Below are positions 29,851 to 40,095 of a stretch of 64,000 bases of DNA, piece after piece. How positions within the stretch are numbered: position 1 is the stretch's first letter; each line of letters opens with the position of its first letter. Location: positions 32,001 through 96,000 of IMG/VR virus record IMGVR_UViG_3300043424_000354. One strand, written 5' to 3'. This stretch comes from a virus. The notes below the pieces were generated by a model. The model had not been told where the DNA came from, ran no database searches, and worked only from the letters and a program-made list of their open reading frames with translations. The position numbers were made by a program, and so were the translations under genes.

Positions 29851-32800
29851 TTACCACGGGATAAACCTACCTTTACTTAAGAATATTGTTTGACTTCCGC
29901 TTTGACGGCAAGTTCCGTTTGCGCTACCGCTTCTCTTTTGCCCGTTCCATAGAACATATCCAATATGCAACCATGCAGTAGATCCGTTCGCAGTCTCTAG
30001 CAGAATTTGGTCGCAGCGTGGTAGAGATGTTGCTACGAAGTTTGCGATCTCAACCATCTTTTGTTTGTTTGAAGCATACTGCGGCCACTGCAAGTCAACT
30101 GCAGCATATCTGTGCGCCGACATGGTGTCGTGCCTAAATCCAGAGTTAATTCTGAACCCAGGATACTTTTCGCGCAGAGGTTCGAGAATGTTAAGAGCAA
30201 GGCATCTATAGTTCTGGATAATTTCCCACTTATTATTTTTGCCCTTTGGATAGGCAATGAACTGCGATAGACTTCTAGTTGGGAAGAAGTCTTTCAATCT
30301 GTAATTATCTGACAGAACAATATCACCGTTAATCTTGTTTCCGCCAAGTGCTGGCAGTGGTTGTTTAGTCTTGTAGTATTTGTCGCACCCAGCAATAGCA
30401 GGAGGGACTGTGCCGAAGTCGCCGACTTGTTCCCCACCAGTGCCCGAACCTGAATCTGGTCCAAGTGGATTGGATGGATCATTTGGACTTACGCAATCCG
30501 CGGAACCACTATCTGGCGAATCTGGAACGTCGTTATCAGTAGTATCCGACGATCCTTGGTTACCACCACCTACACCACCAGCAGACCCACCAACATATTG
30601 CGACTTGCCTGCGACGGACTTACTGACTGGTTTTTCGACAGTCTTGGTATTTGACAACGGAGCAGCAACAGCACAAACTGCCTCTGCTGCTGCAACAGGA
30701 GCAGTAACAGTTGCGGTTGTATTACCCTTGATGTTAGTGGTATCATCAGGCGAGTTATGAGTTCCCTTGAGGTTTGTTGTTCCTGCATTCAGGGTTGTGA
30801 TATTTGCAGTTGTAACATCAATTGTGGCGGTGTCAATCGGCGAAGAAGTAACAAGAGGTGCCTTGAGACTGATATTACCAACACCCTCAACATTTACTCC
30901 TGCGCCCGATTTAATTTCAGTCGCTGCGCCAGACTTAGACTTAATACTTGCATCAGTACAGGTGTTCATATCGCCCGTCGAGTGATTGTAGTATGCACCA
31001 GCAGATTTAATGTGGGTATCTGTCTTCGAAGTGAGGTTAAGTCCTCCATCTGTTGTCAAATTAAATTTACCAGCAGCGTCTGTAGTAAAGTTACCCTTCG
31101 CGTCGATGTCAATGTCACCAACATTCTCGAGTGACATCAATCCGCCATTTCTTGCGTAGATACCTTCACCAACAGACAGCGATAAACGGCCGCCGATATT
31201 GACATCAATGTCATTGTGAATATCCATCGAAACTCGACCATGCATAGTCAAGTTTGTATCGCTCATAATAATAACATTGCAATTACCTGCAACGTGAACG
31301 TTAGCAACACCCTCGATTAAGATATATCCGTCCTTGTCCAGAATGGTGTAACCATCACCAACAATCTTAGTGACCTTAGTTCCGTCTGGTCCAATCTCAT
31401 CAAATGTCCCTGAACGGTGAGCAAAGTTTAATCGTTCTGAACCAGGAGTGTCATCGATTTCAATAGCGTGTCCTGCCTCAGATCCAAACACCTTATTATA
31501 TGGATACTGTGCGTTATAAGGTGATTCTGGTTGCGCCCAAGTTGCACCATTTCTACCAGCAGTTGGAACTTCGCGTTTTCTATTTGCGTTTCTTGCTGCA
31601 GGAGATGCACCTGCGCTAAGAGTTTCTCTGTTACCAGCAGAAGTTTTTGGACTCGCACCAACTTGTGGCGAGTTTACCCCTGTTGCCAGTGGGTTGGTAT
31701 CAGGTTTATTTACAGAAGATCTTAACGGATATACTTTATTAGGATCCTTGAATCCTTTTGAATCATCTTGCATTGATGCTGGAACTACGTCAGCATTTGA
31801 TGGTTGATTATTTGCTCTAAAGGTTTCAGTAGAGTTTTCTTTGTTTACTTCTTCTTCAGATGCAGCATTCTTAACCTGCGTCGATGGGGGATCGGTAACA
31901 TCAGTTTCTGCTGGTTTCGTTTCTAGAACAACCTTTTCTTGAGTCTTTTCTTTAGTTCTCGTAGTTCCATCTGCGCTGACAGTTTCAACTGTTGTGGTTT
32001 TAGTTCCGTCAGGATTCACAGCAACAGTAGTTGTTATGCTGTTACCATCAGTATCATAAATCGTTGTGGCAACGGGATCGACAATATTAAGTTGTTTTTT
32101 AATTGGCGCAATGTCAGTTTCAAATGAAGAAACAATTTGTTGTTTTGCAGACTGCAGTATTTGATATTTTTCTTGCGGTCCAATAATTTTCGCTGCTTGA
32201 ATTGCTTTGTCTAATTGCGCCGATAAACTGTCAATAGAAACTGGCATAGAAACAGCAATTTCTATACCAGCATACAGAATCCTACCAGAAATATTTGTTC
32301 CAACTGCCTTATATTCTATGGTAAGTTTGTCGATTGTATTCTCAACCAACGTAGCACCACCTTCTACTGGTGCTACCTCAGGGACATCTGGTTTTGCTGT
32401 GCTTACCTCTAGAGGTGTTTCTGCAATAGAATTCCAACCAATATCATACCAATACTTGGAAGTAATACCATTGGTATCTTTCTTGATAATTCCCTTAGAA
32501 TATGCTGCTGCAGTATCATAATTTACGCACAGCGATACAGAAAGCAATCCAGTAATTACATTAGGATCAGTGCTGTCAGAAATAATTCTGGCAGTATAAA
32601 GAAGATTGTAAATAAACTTCAAATAACTATAAGCAATTTGATCCTGATAATATCCCGAAAGCAGAATATCTGCGCCAGTAGTAATTTGATTGTTTATTGA
32701 AACTCCTTCGAGTTTATTTGTTATGAAGTAATACTGAGCATTATTTTTCGCTTCAATTTTTGCTTCGGCAAAATCAATCAGAGGATTCTGTTCTTTGGCA

Positions 32801-33114
32801 TACTCGAAATATGATTTTCTGTTTTCGAGTTTTTCCGGACCCTCTGGATGATCAACTAATATCTTGTTGATGTATTCTCGTGCGCTACTTCCCAACCAAC
32901 TAGCGTCGATTAACTGGTTGATGGTGAAACGATAGGCACCATATTCACCTTTGTCGTGAACCTTTGAGAATACGTCCTGTGTGCCAGCAACAGGATATTG
33001 TTTGGTAATTGCATCTTGACATGCCTTCAACAGCGAAGTAATGTTATCTGCTGTTAGTGGACCGATACCTTCTTCAAATGGACCTGAATTTGTTTCATAA
33101 GTTATATTTGCCAT
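29851..33114 (-). CDS. gp5 C-terminal part: central spike beta-helix with C-terminal peptidase M15 and a lysozyme-like N-terminal domain
   Basis: YPYNKV..SEAGHAIEIDDTPGSERL..HRSGTFDEI gp5 motif and beta-helix repeats; LALNILEPLREKY..INSGFR..SAH..AVDLQ..WLHIGY for M15. Confidence 0.82.
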   Translation of the reverse strand: MANITYETNSGPFEEGIGPLTADNITSLLKACQDAITKQYPVAGTQDVFSKVHDKGEYGAYRFTINQLIDASWLGSSAREYINKILVDHPEGPEKLENRKSYFEYAKEQNPLIDFAEAKIEAKNNAQYYFITNKLEGVSINNQITTGADILLSGYYQDQIAYSYLKFIYNLLYTARIISDSTDPNVITGLLSVSLCVNYDTAAAYSKGIIKKDTNGITSKYWYDIGWNSIAETPLEVSTAKPDVPEVAPVEGGATLVENTIDKLTIEYKAVGTNISGRILYAGIEIAVSMPVSIDSLSAQLDKAIQAAKIIGPQEKYQILQSAKQQIVSSFETDIAPIKKQLNIVDPVATTIYDTDGNSITTTVAVNPDGTKTTTVETVSADGTTRTKEKTQEKVVLETKPAETDVTDPPSTQVKNAASEEEVNKENSTETFRANNQPSNADVVPASMQDDSKGFKDPNKVYPLRSSVNKPDTNPLATGVNSPQVGASPKTSAGNRETLSAGASPAARNANRKREVPTAGRNGATWAQPESPYNAQYPYNKVFGSEAGHAIEIDDTPGSERLNFAHRSGTFDEIGPDGTKVTKIVGDGYTILDKDGYILIEGVANVHVAGNCNVIIMSDTNLTMHGRVSMDIHNDIDVNIGGRLSLSVGEGIYARNGGLMSLENVGDIDIDAKGNFTTDAAGKFNLTTDGGLNLTSKTDTHIKSAGAYYNHSTGDMNTCTDASIKSKSGAATEIKSGAGVNVEGVGNISLKAPLVTSSPIDTATIDVTTANITTLNAGTTNLKGTHNSPDDTTNIKGNTTATVTAPVAAAEAVCAVAAPLSNTKTVEKPVSKSVAGKSQYVGGSAGGVGGGNQGSSDTTDNDVPDSPDSGSADCVSPNDPSNPLGPDSGSGTGGEQVGDFGTVPPAIAGCDKYYKTKQPLPALGGNKINGDIVLSDNYRLKDFFPTRSLSQFIAYPKGKNNKWEIIQNYRCLALNILEPLREKYPGFRINSGFRHDTMSAHRYAAVDLQWPQYASNKQKMVEIANFVATSLPRCDQILLETANGSTAWLHIGYVLWNGQKRSGSANGTCRQSGSQTIFLSKGRFIPW

Positions 33115-33125
33115 GTTAGATCCTC

Positions 33126-34064
33126 TTACGCCAGTCCGTATTTCTTTTTATAATGAGCAAATTTGTTTATTCTATCGGAAAGTCCATTCACCCCACCATT
33201 AACTGCTCTGGTAACTTTTTCAATATCACCCCATTGATTTCTTGGTCCAATATTTCTTGCGTTACCTTTAGCAAAAAACCAAACAACCGCAGCAGCGCCT
33301 GCCTCTTTCAATTGTAATAGTTCTGGAGTGCTGATTAGATCTTTACTGATATAATTTCCGCAAGCTCTGTAGTTTGCACGCCCTGTAATTTGAATGTATC
33401 CACGACCCATGTATTTCTTACCATCTCCTGGTTGGGTGTTGCCCAGATCTCTTCTACCTTCGTATCCGCTCTGCGCTTTGGTTGGACCCCAAATTTCTTT
33501 AAAGAATCTAAAGTTTCCGCTTTCATGCGCACATTGCGCCATGATTGCTGCCTTTGCCATTTTACCCCAATTCTTCAAATTCTTTGGACCATTCGCCTCA
33601 AGATATTGCTCAAGATAACTTTCATAATCTTTTGCATTACCAGAAGGTTCAACGAAATCGCCCTTTACTCCACCTGTTCCTGAACCTACTGCATTATCGT
33701 TCGCGCCACCAGATCCGTCTTCAGGAGTACAATCATTTGACGCCAATCCACCAGGAATAGAACCTACTGTTCCAAAGAACATCGGGTGCTGACCATTCTC
33801 GCCATCTGCAAAAAACCCAACAACCCAAGAACCTTCTACTGCGCCAGTCGGCGACCAACCAACGCCAGATGAACCTGCTGAATTTGCTGGCATTACTGGC
33901 ATCGCCCAAGGTAGATTTTCAGTTGGAAGTAATTCTAGGTCTGCCGTATGATACCCAAGGATTCTAACTTTACATCTTCCTAATCTCAATGGATCATTTC
34001 TGTCTTCAACTGCTCCGAACCACCAATAAAAATTTGGGTTATTATTCGAAATAAGATTGTCCAT
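33126..34064 (-). CDS. gp5 N-terminal part: OB-fold hub plus GH19 lysozyme/chitinase
   Basis: WWFGAVEDRNDPLRLGRCKVRILGYH, LPWA, GSWVVGFFADG; GH19 motifs MAQCAHESG, YMGRGYIQITGRANY, VTRAVNGG. Confidence 0.88.
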   Translation of the reverse strand: MDNLISNNNPNFYWWFGAVEDRNDPLRLGRCKVRILGYHTADLELLPTENLPWAMPVMPANSAGSSGVGWSPTGAVEGSWVVGFFADGENGQHPMFFGTVGSIPGGLASNDCTPEDGSGGANDNAVGSGTGGVKGDFVEPSGNAKDYESYLEQYLEANGPKNLKNWGKMAKAAIMAQCAHESGNFRFFKEIWGPTKAQSGYEGRRDLGNTQPGDGKKYMGRGYIQITGRANYRACGNYISKDLISTPELLQLKEAGAAAVVWFFAKGNARNIGPRNQWGDIEKVTRAVNGGVNGLSDRINKFAHYKKKYGLA

Positions 34065-34065
34065 A

Positions 34066-35550
34066 TTATTGCGTCGCTCCTGCATCTTCTGTAACATCAT
34101 ATAACGGGAATGGATATGAGTCTTTTGCGATTTCAACGAACATCTTATGCGATAATGGAGTGATTTGATGGTGAATCGCAGTGATCATATACAATCCAGA
34201 AATCAGCAGATCCCAAATAAATGGTTCCGCAGTGTTTTCTGGTTTTTCCCCTACTGATGGATAATAAAATTTAATAAGTTTACCGATTTCAATATCAGTT
34301 CTTCCTGGAACAGTCAATTGAATTCTCATTGTCGTTAGATCCAGTAAAGAACTAGTTCTTTGCGACACGAATGTTTCAGGATGGAGATCTACGGAATCTT
34401 CGGTAGAATCAAGCACTCCTGGATTTACTGTTGAAACGAACATCTTGCCTTCGCCAGATCTCATAACATTTATTGGGAACAGCATGTTATATTTTTTATC
34501 TTTATCTAAGGAAAACTTGGAATCCTTAGAAATCTTATAATCTTCCATATGATTAATTTCGTTGAAATTAAAACCATGATCATATGTGTACGCCGTGTAT
34601 TCCTTCTTCACCATATCAAAACTAAAGACTGTGCTGGCAAAGTGACCGAGATCTTGACTTTGAAGAATATCTAAGTTAGTTAAGAATTGAATTGCCTCAA
34701 CAGTAGAGTATCCCTTGCTAAGTGCAGAGGTTGTTTGTAGATTATCTAGATTGGGGTGGTAGACGTAATCCGCAAAAATATCATTTGCTTCTAGTTGAGA
34801 AACAATTAAACTTTCAATAGAGGTGAAATAAAACGCTTTAGTTGATTCAAAAAACAAGAATGTTGGCGACTTTAAGTTTGCACCAAGAGATCTTTTTGCC
34901 AACCAATTCATACAATGGATTGGACTCCACATAGGAGGAACAAATGTAATATACGACTGGTGCGGAGTATCCGAAATAAACAGTGGAGTATTTTTTTCGC
35001 TCTTTTCTTGGAAAGAAGCAGGATCTTTTGTCGTAACAATTCTTGGGAGAGAAAGATAATCGGAGAAAATCTTATCTGCAAGTTCGTCTGTAGTTCCAGT
35101 AAACTTCTCACACACTCTTAGAATGTTATCGGCGGACGCTTCAACAGAACAGAAAAACAGTTGATAATATTGTTCTCTATCGTTGTTTAATTTTCTATCT
35201 TTGATTGCATAAACTGCAAATGACTTATGGATTTTATTGAAAAAATCATCTTGCGCTGGAACTTCCTGAAATGGAGTTCTAACATTAATCGTAAGGATTT
35301 CATCTCCAAGGATCGGGGTTCTGCCAATCAAATTGGTGGCATCTCTGATGACTACGCTGCCATGTAGAGTCGGGGAAAAGATATCCTCGTATAAATTCAA
35401 TTCAACAAAGAATGGTTTAAGATCCAGCGCAACTCCAGTAACCGTGTTAATGAATATTTCATCAATGATCACATCTCCTGGTTTTTGCAAACCACCAGAT
35501 GCCAGATCTTTGTTGTTGGATGCTGCTTTATCAGTCGGGGTATCTACCAT
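34066..35550 (-). CDS. Baseplate hub / tail protein (gp27-like)
   Basis: LNLYEDIFSPTLHGSVVIRD, FLFFES, VPGRTDIEIG, ISGLYMITAIHH; lies between gp53 and gp5. Confidence 0.75.
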   Translation of the reverse strand: MVDTPTDKAASNNKDLASGGLQKPGDVIIDEIFINTVTGVALDLKPFFVELNLYEDIFSPTLHGSVVIRDATNLIGRTPILGDEILTINVRTPFQEVPAQDDFFNKIHKSFAVYAIKDRKLNNDREQYYQLFFCSVEASADNILRVCEKFTGTTDELADKIFSDYLSLPRIVTTKDPASFQEKSEKNTPLFISDTPHQSYITFVPPMWSPIHCMNWLAKRSLGANLKSPTFLFFESTKAFYFTSIESLIVSQLEANDIFADYVYHPNLDNLQTTSALSKGYSTVEAIQFLTNLDILQSQDLGHFASTVFSFDMVKKEYTAYTYDHGFNFNEINHMEDYKISKDSKFSLDKDKKYNMLFPINVMRSGEGKMFVSTVNPGVLDSTEDSVDLHPETFVSQRTSSLLDLTTMRIQLTVPGRTDIEIGKLIKFYYPSVGEKPENTAEPFIWDLLISGLYMITAIHHQITPLSHKMFVEIAKDSYPFPLYDVTEDAGATQ

Positions 35551-35552
35551 AA

Positions 35553-36065
35553 TTAACTACCAATTAATGTCATATAATTTGTTACAAATTCCGTTAAATA
35601 TTTTGGTTCGAGAATGTTTATTTCGCGTTTAGCATCATTGAGTTCTTCTTCGTACTGAATATTTGTTACTTCTTCAATATCACCATTTGCTAGATCCGCA
35701 GCATCATAATCAACAATTAATTTGCTGTCATCGGAAGTTCTATAATGGTGTGTTTCATAGATACCTGTTTCGCCATACTTTTTCTTAGCAAAAGAAAGCA
35801 AATCTGAATTGCTCATTGGCCATTCTTTTCTGACATCAACAATATCATTTATCGTGAGAATAACCCAGTGATAATCTGGTCTCTTGTAATACTTATCAGC
35901 AACTTGCTCGACAGTAAATCCGTCTGGTACTGTGATTGTTTGTAAGAATACAAGGTTTTTACCAAATCTATTAAGTGAAATTCTGCGGAAAATATCAGTA
36001 ACAATTGTGCTTGCGCCTGGAGTTATTGTTGTTACTTGCAATTTAGGATACATAGAAAATAGCAT
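35553..36065 (-). CDS. gp53: Baseplate wedge subunit
   Basis: TDIFRR, VADKYY, YHWVILTINDIVD, EWP, KKYG, YEEELNDAKREI. Confidence 0.9.
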   Translation of the reverse strand: MLFSMYPKLQVTTITPGASTIVTDIFRRISLNRFGKNLVFLQTITVPDGFTVEQVADKYYKRPDYHWVILTINDIVDVRKEWPMSNSDLLSFAKKKYGETGIYETHHYRTSDDSKLIVDYDAADLANGDIEEVTNIQYEEELNDAKREINILEPKYLTEFVTNYMTLIGS

Positions 36066-37375
36066 TAGAATCCTCCAACGATTCTGTCGGTTGTAAGTGT
36101 TTCCAATTCAGTAAACTGCATTCTAATAACTGCTTCGGTTGGGCAACCATTTGCGAATGTAGTAAAACCTTCCGATCCATAGTCAACAGTCATGTCCGTC
36201 AACGCACAGTTTGAGATCTTTCGCACGAAATTATTTTCAGCACCTTTGTGATAGTAAATAATGAGAAACTCCGATGGATATGTTAGGAATAATCCTGTTT
36301 GACTTTTGGTTGGATGCATGTGCTTCAAAAATGTTTCGATGATTCCTGGTTGCTCTTTTCTATTATCAGGATTTCCGAAAACTTGGATCGCTTCATTTTC
36401 GGTTCTTGGAGCAAATCTATAATCAAATCCAAACTTTCTGAATCCCATTGAACGAAATAACTGTTCTTTGTATGGATTTTCAACCTTCTTCGAGGTTGCT
36501 TGAATTACATTATCAAGTGAATCGAACCCTGCAACACCAGCAATCTTGCCAAGTTTTCTTAGGGCGTAATCGCCCAATTCACCACCACCTGTTGCCAGTT
36601 TTTCAAAATCAATGCCACCACCACTATTCATGAAACTGTCAGCAGACATCTTACCTGACGCAACAGCGCCAACTAATCCACCAAGATCTGCAGTTTCCCA
36701 GTTTGCACTGTAACCATGCGTCACACGATCAGTGACGTGAAGAACAATTTCAGCATCACCAAATACCAGTCTTTGCTCACCAGCGACTGCCGACATTCCT
36801 ATTCCAGTTGCTCCGCCAATGGCACCACCTACTACGCCTCCAGCAACACCTCCGAGAGCTGCTGCGCCCTTCTCAACAAAGATCTTAGACAGCATCGCTT
36901 TAACCCCGAGCGATCCACCAGTTGGTGTTTTTGATGACCCTGTTTGCTGCCCACCATTCTTCAATAGATTTGCGCCGATATTGGCACCTGCTGCTGCACC
37001 AATTGTGGCACCAATTATTGCGCCCGCAGTTCCAGCGGCTGCATCACCATTTTCTGGGTCTGCGCGATTCTGATCGGATTGATCAAAAACAACACCTTTC
37101 CCTGAAGATAGAAGATTCTTTCCAAGGTCTGTCCCTTCTCTAACTAGAGGATAGAAGACAACATAATGCGGTAATTCTTGCGATCCAACATCAGTAGGAT
37201 ACCGCAAACTAATAGTGGTATTATCCGTCTGTAGCGGATCCGCGTTTTGAGAAATAAATTTATCTCTATTAAATCTGCTCTCTTTTTTTGGATCTGGTGC
37301 TTTTGTTGGAGCCGCAGGTGCGGTTGTTCCAGGAGCAGGAGTTTGAGTTGGTGGCGCAGGTGCTTGGGTTGCCAT
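36065..37375 (-). CDS. gp48: Baseplate tail-tube cap
   Basis: LRYP, NPYKEQLFRSMGFRKFGFDYRFAPR, CALTDMTVDY, FTELE. Confidence 0.88.
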   Translation of the reverse strand: MATQAPAPPTQTPAPGTTAPAAPTKAPDPKKESRFNRDKFISQNADPLQTDNTTISLRYPTDVGSQELPHYVVFYPLVREGTDLGKNLLSSGKGVVFDQSDQNRADPENGDAAAGTAGAIIGATIGAAAGANIGANLLKNGGQQTGSSKTPTGGSLGVKAMLSKIFVEKGAAALGGVAGGVVGGAIGGATGIGMSAVAGEQRLVFGDAEIVLHVTDRVTHGYSANWETADLGGLVGAVASGKMSADSFMNSGGGIDFEKLATGGGELGDYALRKLGKIAGVAGFDSLDNVIQATSKKVENPYKEQLFRSMGFRKFGFDYRFAPRTENEAIQVFGNPDNRKEQPGIIETFLKHMHPTKSQTGLFLTYPSEFLIIYYHKGAENNFVRKISNCALTDMTVDYGSEGFTTFANGCPTEAVIRMQFTELETLTTDRIVGGF

Positions 37376-37380
37376 CTTCG

Positions 37381-37421
37381 AATAAATATCCTATTAAACA
37401 GAGATTATTGGAATATTTATA
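37381..37421. promoter_or_regulatory. Pair of oppositely oriented late promoters between gp48 and gp4
   Basis: AATAAATA on + at 37381-37388 (towards gp4) and TATAAATA on - at 37414-37421 (towards gp48). Confidence 0.75.
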
Positions 37422-37879
37422 TGGGTTACGGTAAGGATACATTGAAAGGTGTGTATAAAATACAGAACCCCAAAAAATATATAGGTAATCCGAACAATAT
37501 TATTTATCGCTCCAGTTGGGAACTGAAGTTTATGAAGTGGTGCGATAATAATCCAAATATATTGGAGTGGGGGTCTGAAGAGTTACCCATTCCTTATGTT
37601 TCTCCTTTAGATAATCGTGTGCACAGATATTTCGTGGATTTTTATATCAAGGTTCAAGAAAAAAGTGGTGTTGTAAAGAAGTATCTAGTGGAGGTGAAAC
37701 CGCAGAAGTTTACACAAGAACCCAAGATTCCTACTAGGAAAACAAAGAAGTTCCTTCAGGAAGTTATGCAATGGGGTGTAAACCAAGCAAAGTGGAAATT
37801 TGCTACTGAATTTTGTGAAGATAGAGGATGGAAATTCATTATCCTGACTGAGAAAGAGTTGGGTATCACTAATAAATAA
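37421..37879 (+). CDS. gp4: Head completion nuclease (TnsA-like)
   Basis: NPKKYIGNPNNIIYRSSWELKFMKWCD, WGSEE, HRYFVDF, EVKP, NQAKW; likely start 37421. Confidence 0.93.
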   Translation: MGYGKDTLKGVYKIQNPKKYIGNPNNIIYRSSWELKFMKWCDNNPNILEWGSEELPIPYVSPLDNRVHRYFVDFYIKVQEKSGVVKKYLVEVKPQKFTQEPKIPTRKTKKFLQEVMQWGVNQAKWKFATEFCEDRGWKFIILTEKELGITNK

Positions 37880-37893
37880 CAAGGAGAATTTCT

Positions 37894-38064
37894 ATGGCAA
37901 AGGCAAAATCGGGCGGTGGTTCGAACAAGGGACAAAAGGTTTCCTTTACGAGTCAGAAAAAGGGTAAGACCACAATTGGTAATAACCCTGCATCAATTAA
38001 GTTTTCCACAATGAACAAGCGCAAACGTGCGAACTATAAAGCATACAGAGGACAAGGTAGATAA
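37894..38064 (+). CDS. Small basic protein (56 aa) ending KAYRGQGR, not in ORF track
   Basis: AATAAATA at 37871, AAGGAG Shine-Dalgarno, then MAKAKSGGGSNKGQK...KRANYKAYRGQGR. Confidence 0.8.
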   Translation: MAKAKSGGGSNKGQKVSFTSQKKGKTTIGNNPASIKFSTMNKRKRANYKAYRGQGR

Positions 38065-38637
38065 TTGGCAAATCCGTTTCAGAGACTTCGCGCCAAGGCA
38101 GGTGATGGACAAAAGTCCATGGATTGGTATATGAACAACGTGAAAAACCTCGTTGGCGCGAGGTTGTCTCAGAGTAGCGTAATGAAATCAGATATTGGAG
38201 AATTAAAAACCAATATCGAAATCGGTTCAATGTATCTCTATTTCTACGATCCTAAGTTGAAGGACGAGTTACCGTTTTACGATACATTCCCGTTGGTTTT
38301 GCCATTCGGTCCTGCGCCAGGAGGATTTTATGGAATTAACCTTCACTATCTACCGTACATGATCAGAGCGCAAGTTCTCGGAGAATTGCTTGATTATAAA
38401 ACAACAAAGACGTATTCAGAAACAACTAAACTGAGAATGTCGTATAACCTATTGAACAATCTGAAGAATGCTAATGAAGTCAAACCTTGCATCAAGCATT
38501 ATTTGTCTAATCATGTAAATTCACAATTCATGAAAATTAATCCTGAAGACTGGCAAGCAGCAATCTTTCTGCCGATCGAAAGTTTCGTTGGTGCCACGAA
38601 GGAGCAAGTATTCAGAGATTCTAGGAGCAAATTCTAA
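38065..38637 (+). CDS. gp2: DNA end protector protein
   Basis: GSMYLYFYDPKLKDELPFYDTFPLV, GINLHYLP, KPCIKHYL, AIFLP. Confidence 0.92.
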   Translation: MANPFQRLRAKAGDGQKSMDWYMNNVKNLVGARLSQSSVMKSDIGELKTNIEIGSMYLYFYDPKLKDELPFYDTFPLVLPFGPAPGGFYGINLHYLPYMIRAQVLGELLDYKTTKTYSETTKLRMSYNLLNNLKNANEVKPCIKHYLSNHVNSQFMKINPEDWQAAIFLPIESFVGATKEQVFRDSRSKF

Positions 38638-39371
38638 TGGCGATTAAAGCAGCGCACGGTTTCCAAGATTTCCTTTCTCAAGTAAAAGGTATCTCTGGTA
38701 AAAATGGAGACTTTGCAAGATCAAATAGATTCGAAGCAGTGTTTTCACTACCTAGTTGTATGTCTTCCCACAGAGTTTCAGGAGGCGAAACATCAAGACT
38801 GATTTCTTTATTCGTCGAAGATGCAATCATTCCAGGGACTTTAGTTGGAACGAGACCATTTAGAATCAATAATTTGAACGAACAAAGAGCAAATGTTATT
38901 GATTTTGGCGGCGACTCAATTAGTTTTACATTTCTAATCGATACTACATGGTCTGCTAAAGATTTCTTCGGTGATTGGATGCGTAACATGATTGACCCTG
39001 TATCGAGATATGTTATCTATCCAGCAGAATATTATTCTACCATTGACCTGTATGCGTTAAATAGCAGAGACGAAAGAATTGTTCACTGGAAAATAATCGA
39101 CGCATTCCCAAGATCGGTCGCCCCCGTATCAGTATCAAGCACCAATGCACAGGTTCTTCGTTTGCCTGTGACATTTGCATACAAGAAATGGCAGGTAATC
39201 AGCGCGTATACTCCTGCTGGAACAGAATACAGCACAACAAGTCAAGATCCAACGACAATCGATCCAGAATTTGGTTACGACGAATCCGCAAACTTCGGCG
39301 AAGATTTTGACGGACAAGATCTATACTTTGACGACACAACAGGCGACTTGACTGAATTTGAAGATACTTAA
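38637..39371 (+). CDS. Tail tube-like / baseplate-tube initiator (gp54/gp19 family)
   Basis: ARSNRFEA, FFGDWM, DAFPRSV, LPVTFAYKKW. Confidence 0.78.
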   Translation: MAIKAAHGFQDFLSQVKGISGKNGDFARSNRFEAVFSLPSCMSSHRVSGGETSRLISLFVEDAIIPGTLVGTRPFRINNLNEQRANVIDFGGDSISFTFLIDTTWSAKDFFGDWMRNMIDPVSRYVIYPAEYYSTIDLYALNSRDERIVHWKIIDAFPRSVAPVSVSSTNAQVLRLPVTFAYKKWQVISAYTPAGTEYSTTSQDPTTIDPEFGYDESANFGEDFDGQDLYFDDTTGDLTEFEDT

Positions 39372-39388
39372 AATTAATGGAGTAAATT

Positions 39389-40075
39389 ATGGCATTACCT
39401 ACAATAGCAGTACCAACATTTGACGTTGAAATTTATTCAACAAAACAAACTGTTGAAATGAGACCTTTCTTAGTGAAGGAAGAAAAACTACTCATCATGG
39501 CATCTGAATCTGGTGAGAAAGAGAATATGATTCGCGCAATGCAGCAAGTAATCAATTCTTGTTCAGAAGGTAAGATTGAGGCGGAAAGACTACCATTCTT
39601 CGATCTACAGAACATTTTTATTAAATTGAGATCACAATCTATCGGTAACGAATCTGAATTTAATCTTATTTGTGGAGAATGCGGACATAAGACTCCAACT
39701 TCTTTAAGTCTGGATGAAATAACATTGACCATTTCTCCGGAACATACCAATAAGATCATGATTACTGACGATATTGGAGTTATCATGAAATATCCAACGT
39801 CTGATGTTTTGGCAAACGAAGATATGCCAATCTTTGATTTAGTGGTATCGTGCGTGGATAAAATCTTCACACAGGATGAAATCCATGATTCTTCCGATTA
39901 CACAAAGGAAGAACTGGAAGATTATATTGACAAACTGACTAGCGAGCAGTTCGAAAAGATCGTTGAATTTTTCGTCACAGCACCAAAGGTGTTCCACAAT
40001 ATTGAATATACTTGCCCGAAATGTCAAACAGAAAACACGGTGGTTATTGATGGAGTAGAAAATTTTTTCGGTTAA
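39389..40075 (+). CDS. gp26: Baseplate hub assembly protein
   Basis: MALP, RPFLVKEEKLL, FIKLRSQSIG, CxxC twice, MKYP, C-terminal GVENFF. Confidence 0.9.
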   Translation: MALPTIAVPTFDVEIYSTKQTVEMRPFLVKEEKLLIMASESGEKENMIRAMQQVINSCSEGKIEAERLPFFDLQNIFIKLRSQSIGNESEFNLICGECGHKTPTSLSLDEITLTISPEHTNKIMITDDIGVIMKYPTSDVLANEDMPIFDLVVSCVDKIFTQDEIHDSSDYTKEELEDYIDKLTSEQFEKIVEFFVTAPKVFHNIEYTCPKCQTENTVVIDGVENFFG

Positions 40076-40095
40076 CCCTTTCTCATGACAACCTA

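Noticed and set aside
33114-33126. gp5 split as a sequencing error or pseudogene
   Set aside because: The stop falls at a domain boundary and is followed by a GAGG Shine-Dalgarno and ATG; both ORFs are otherwise intact.
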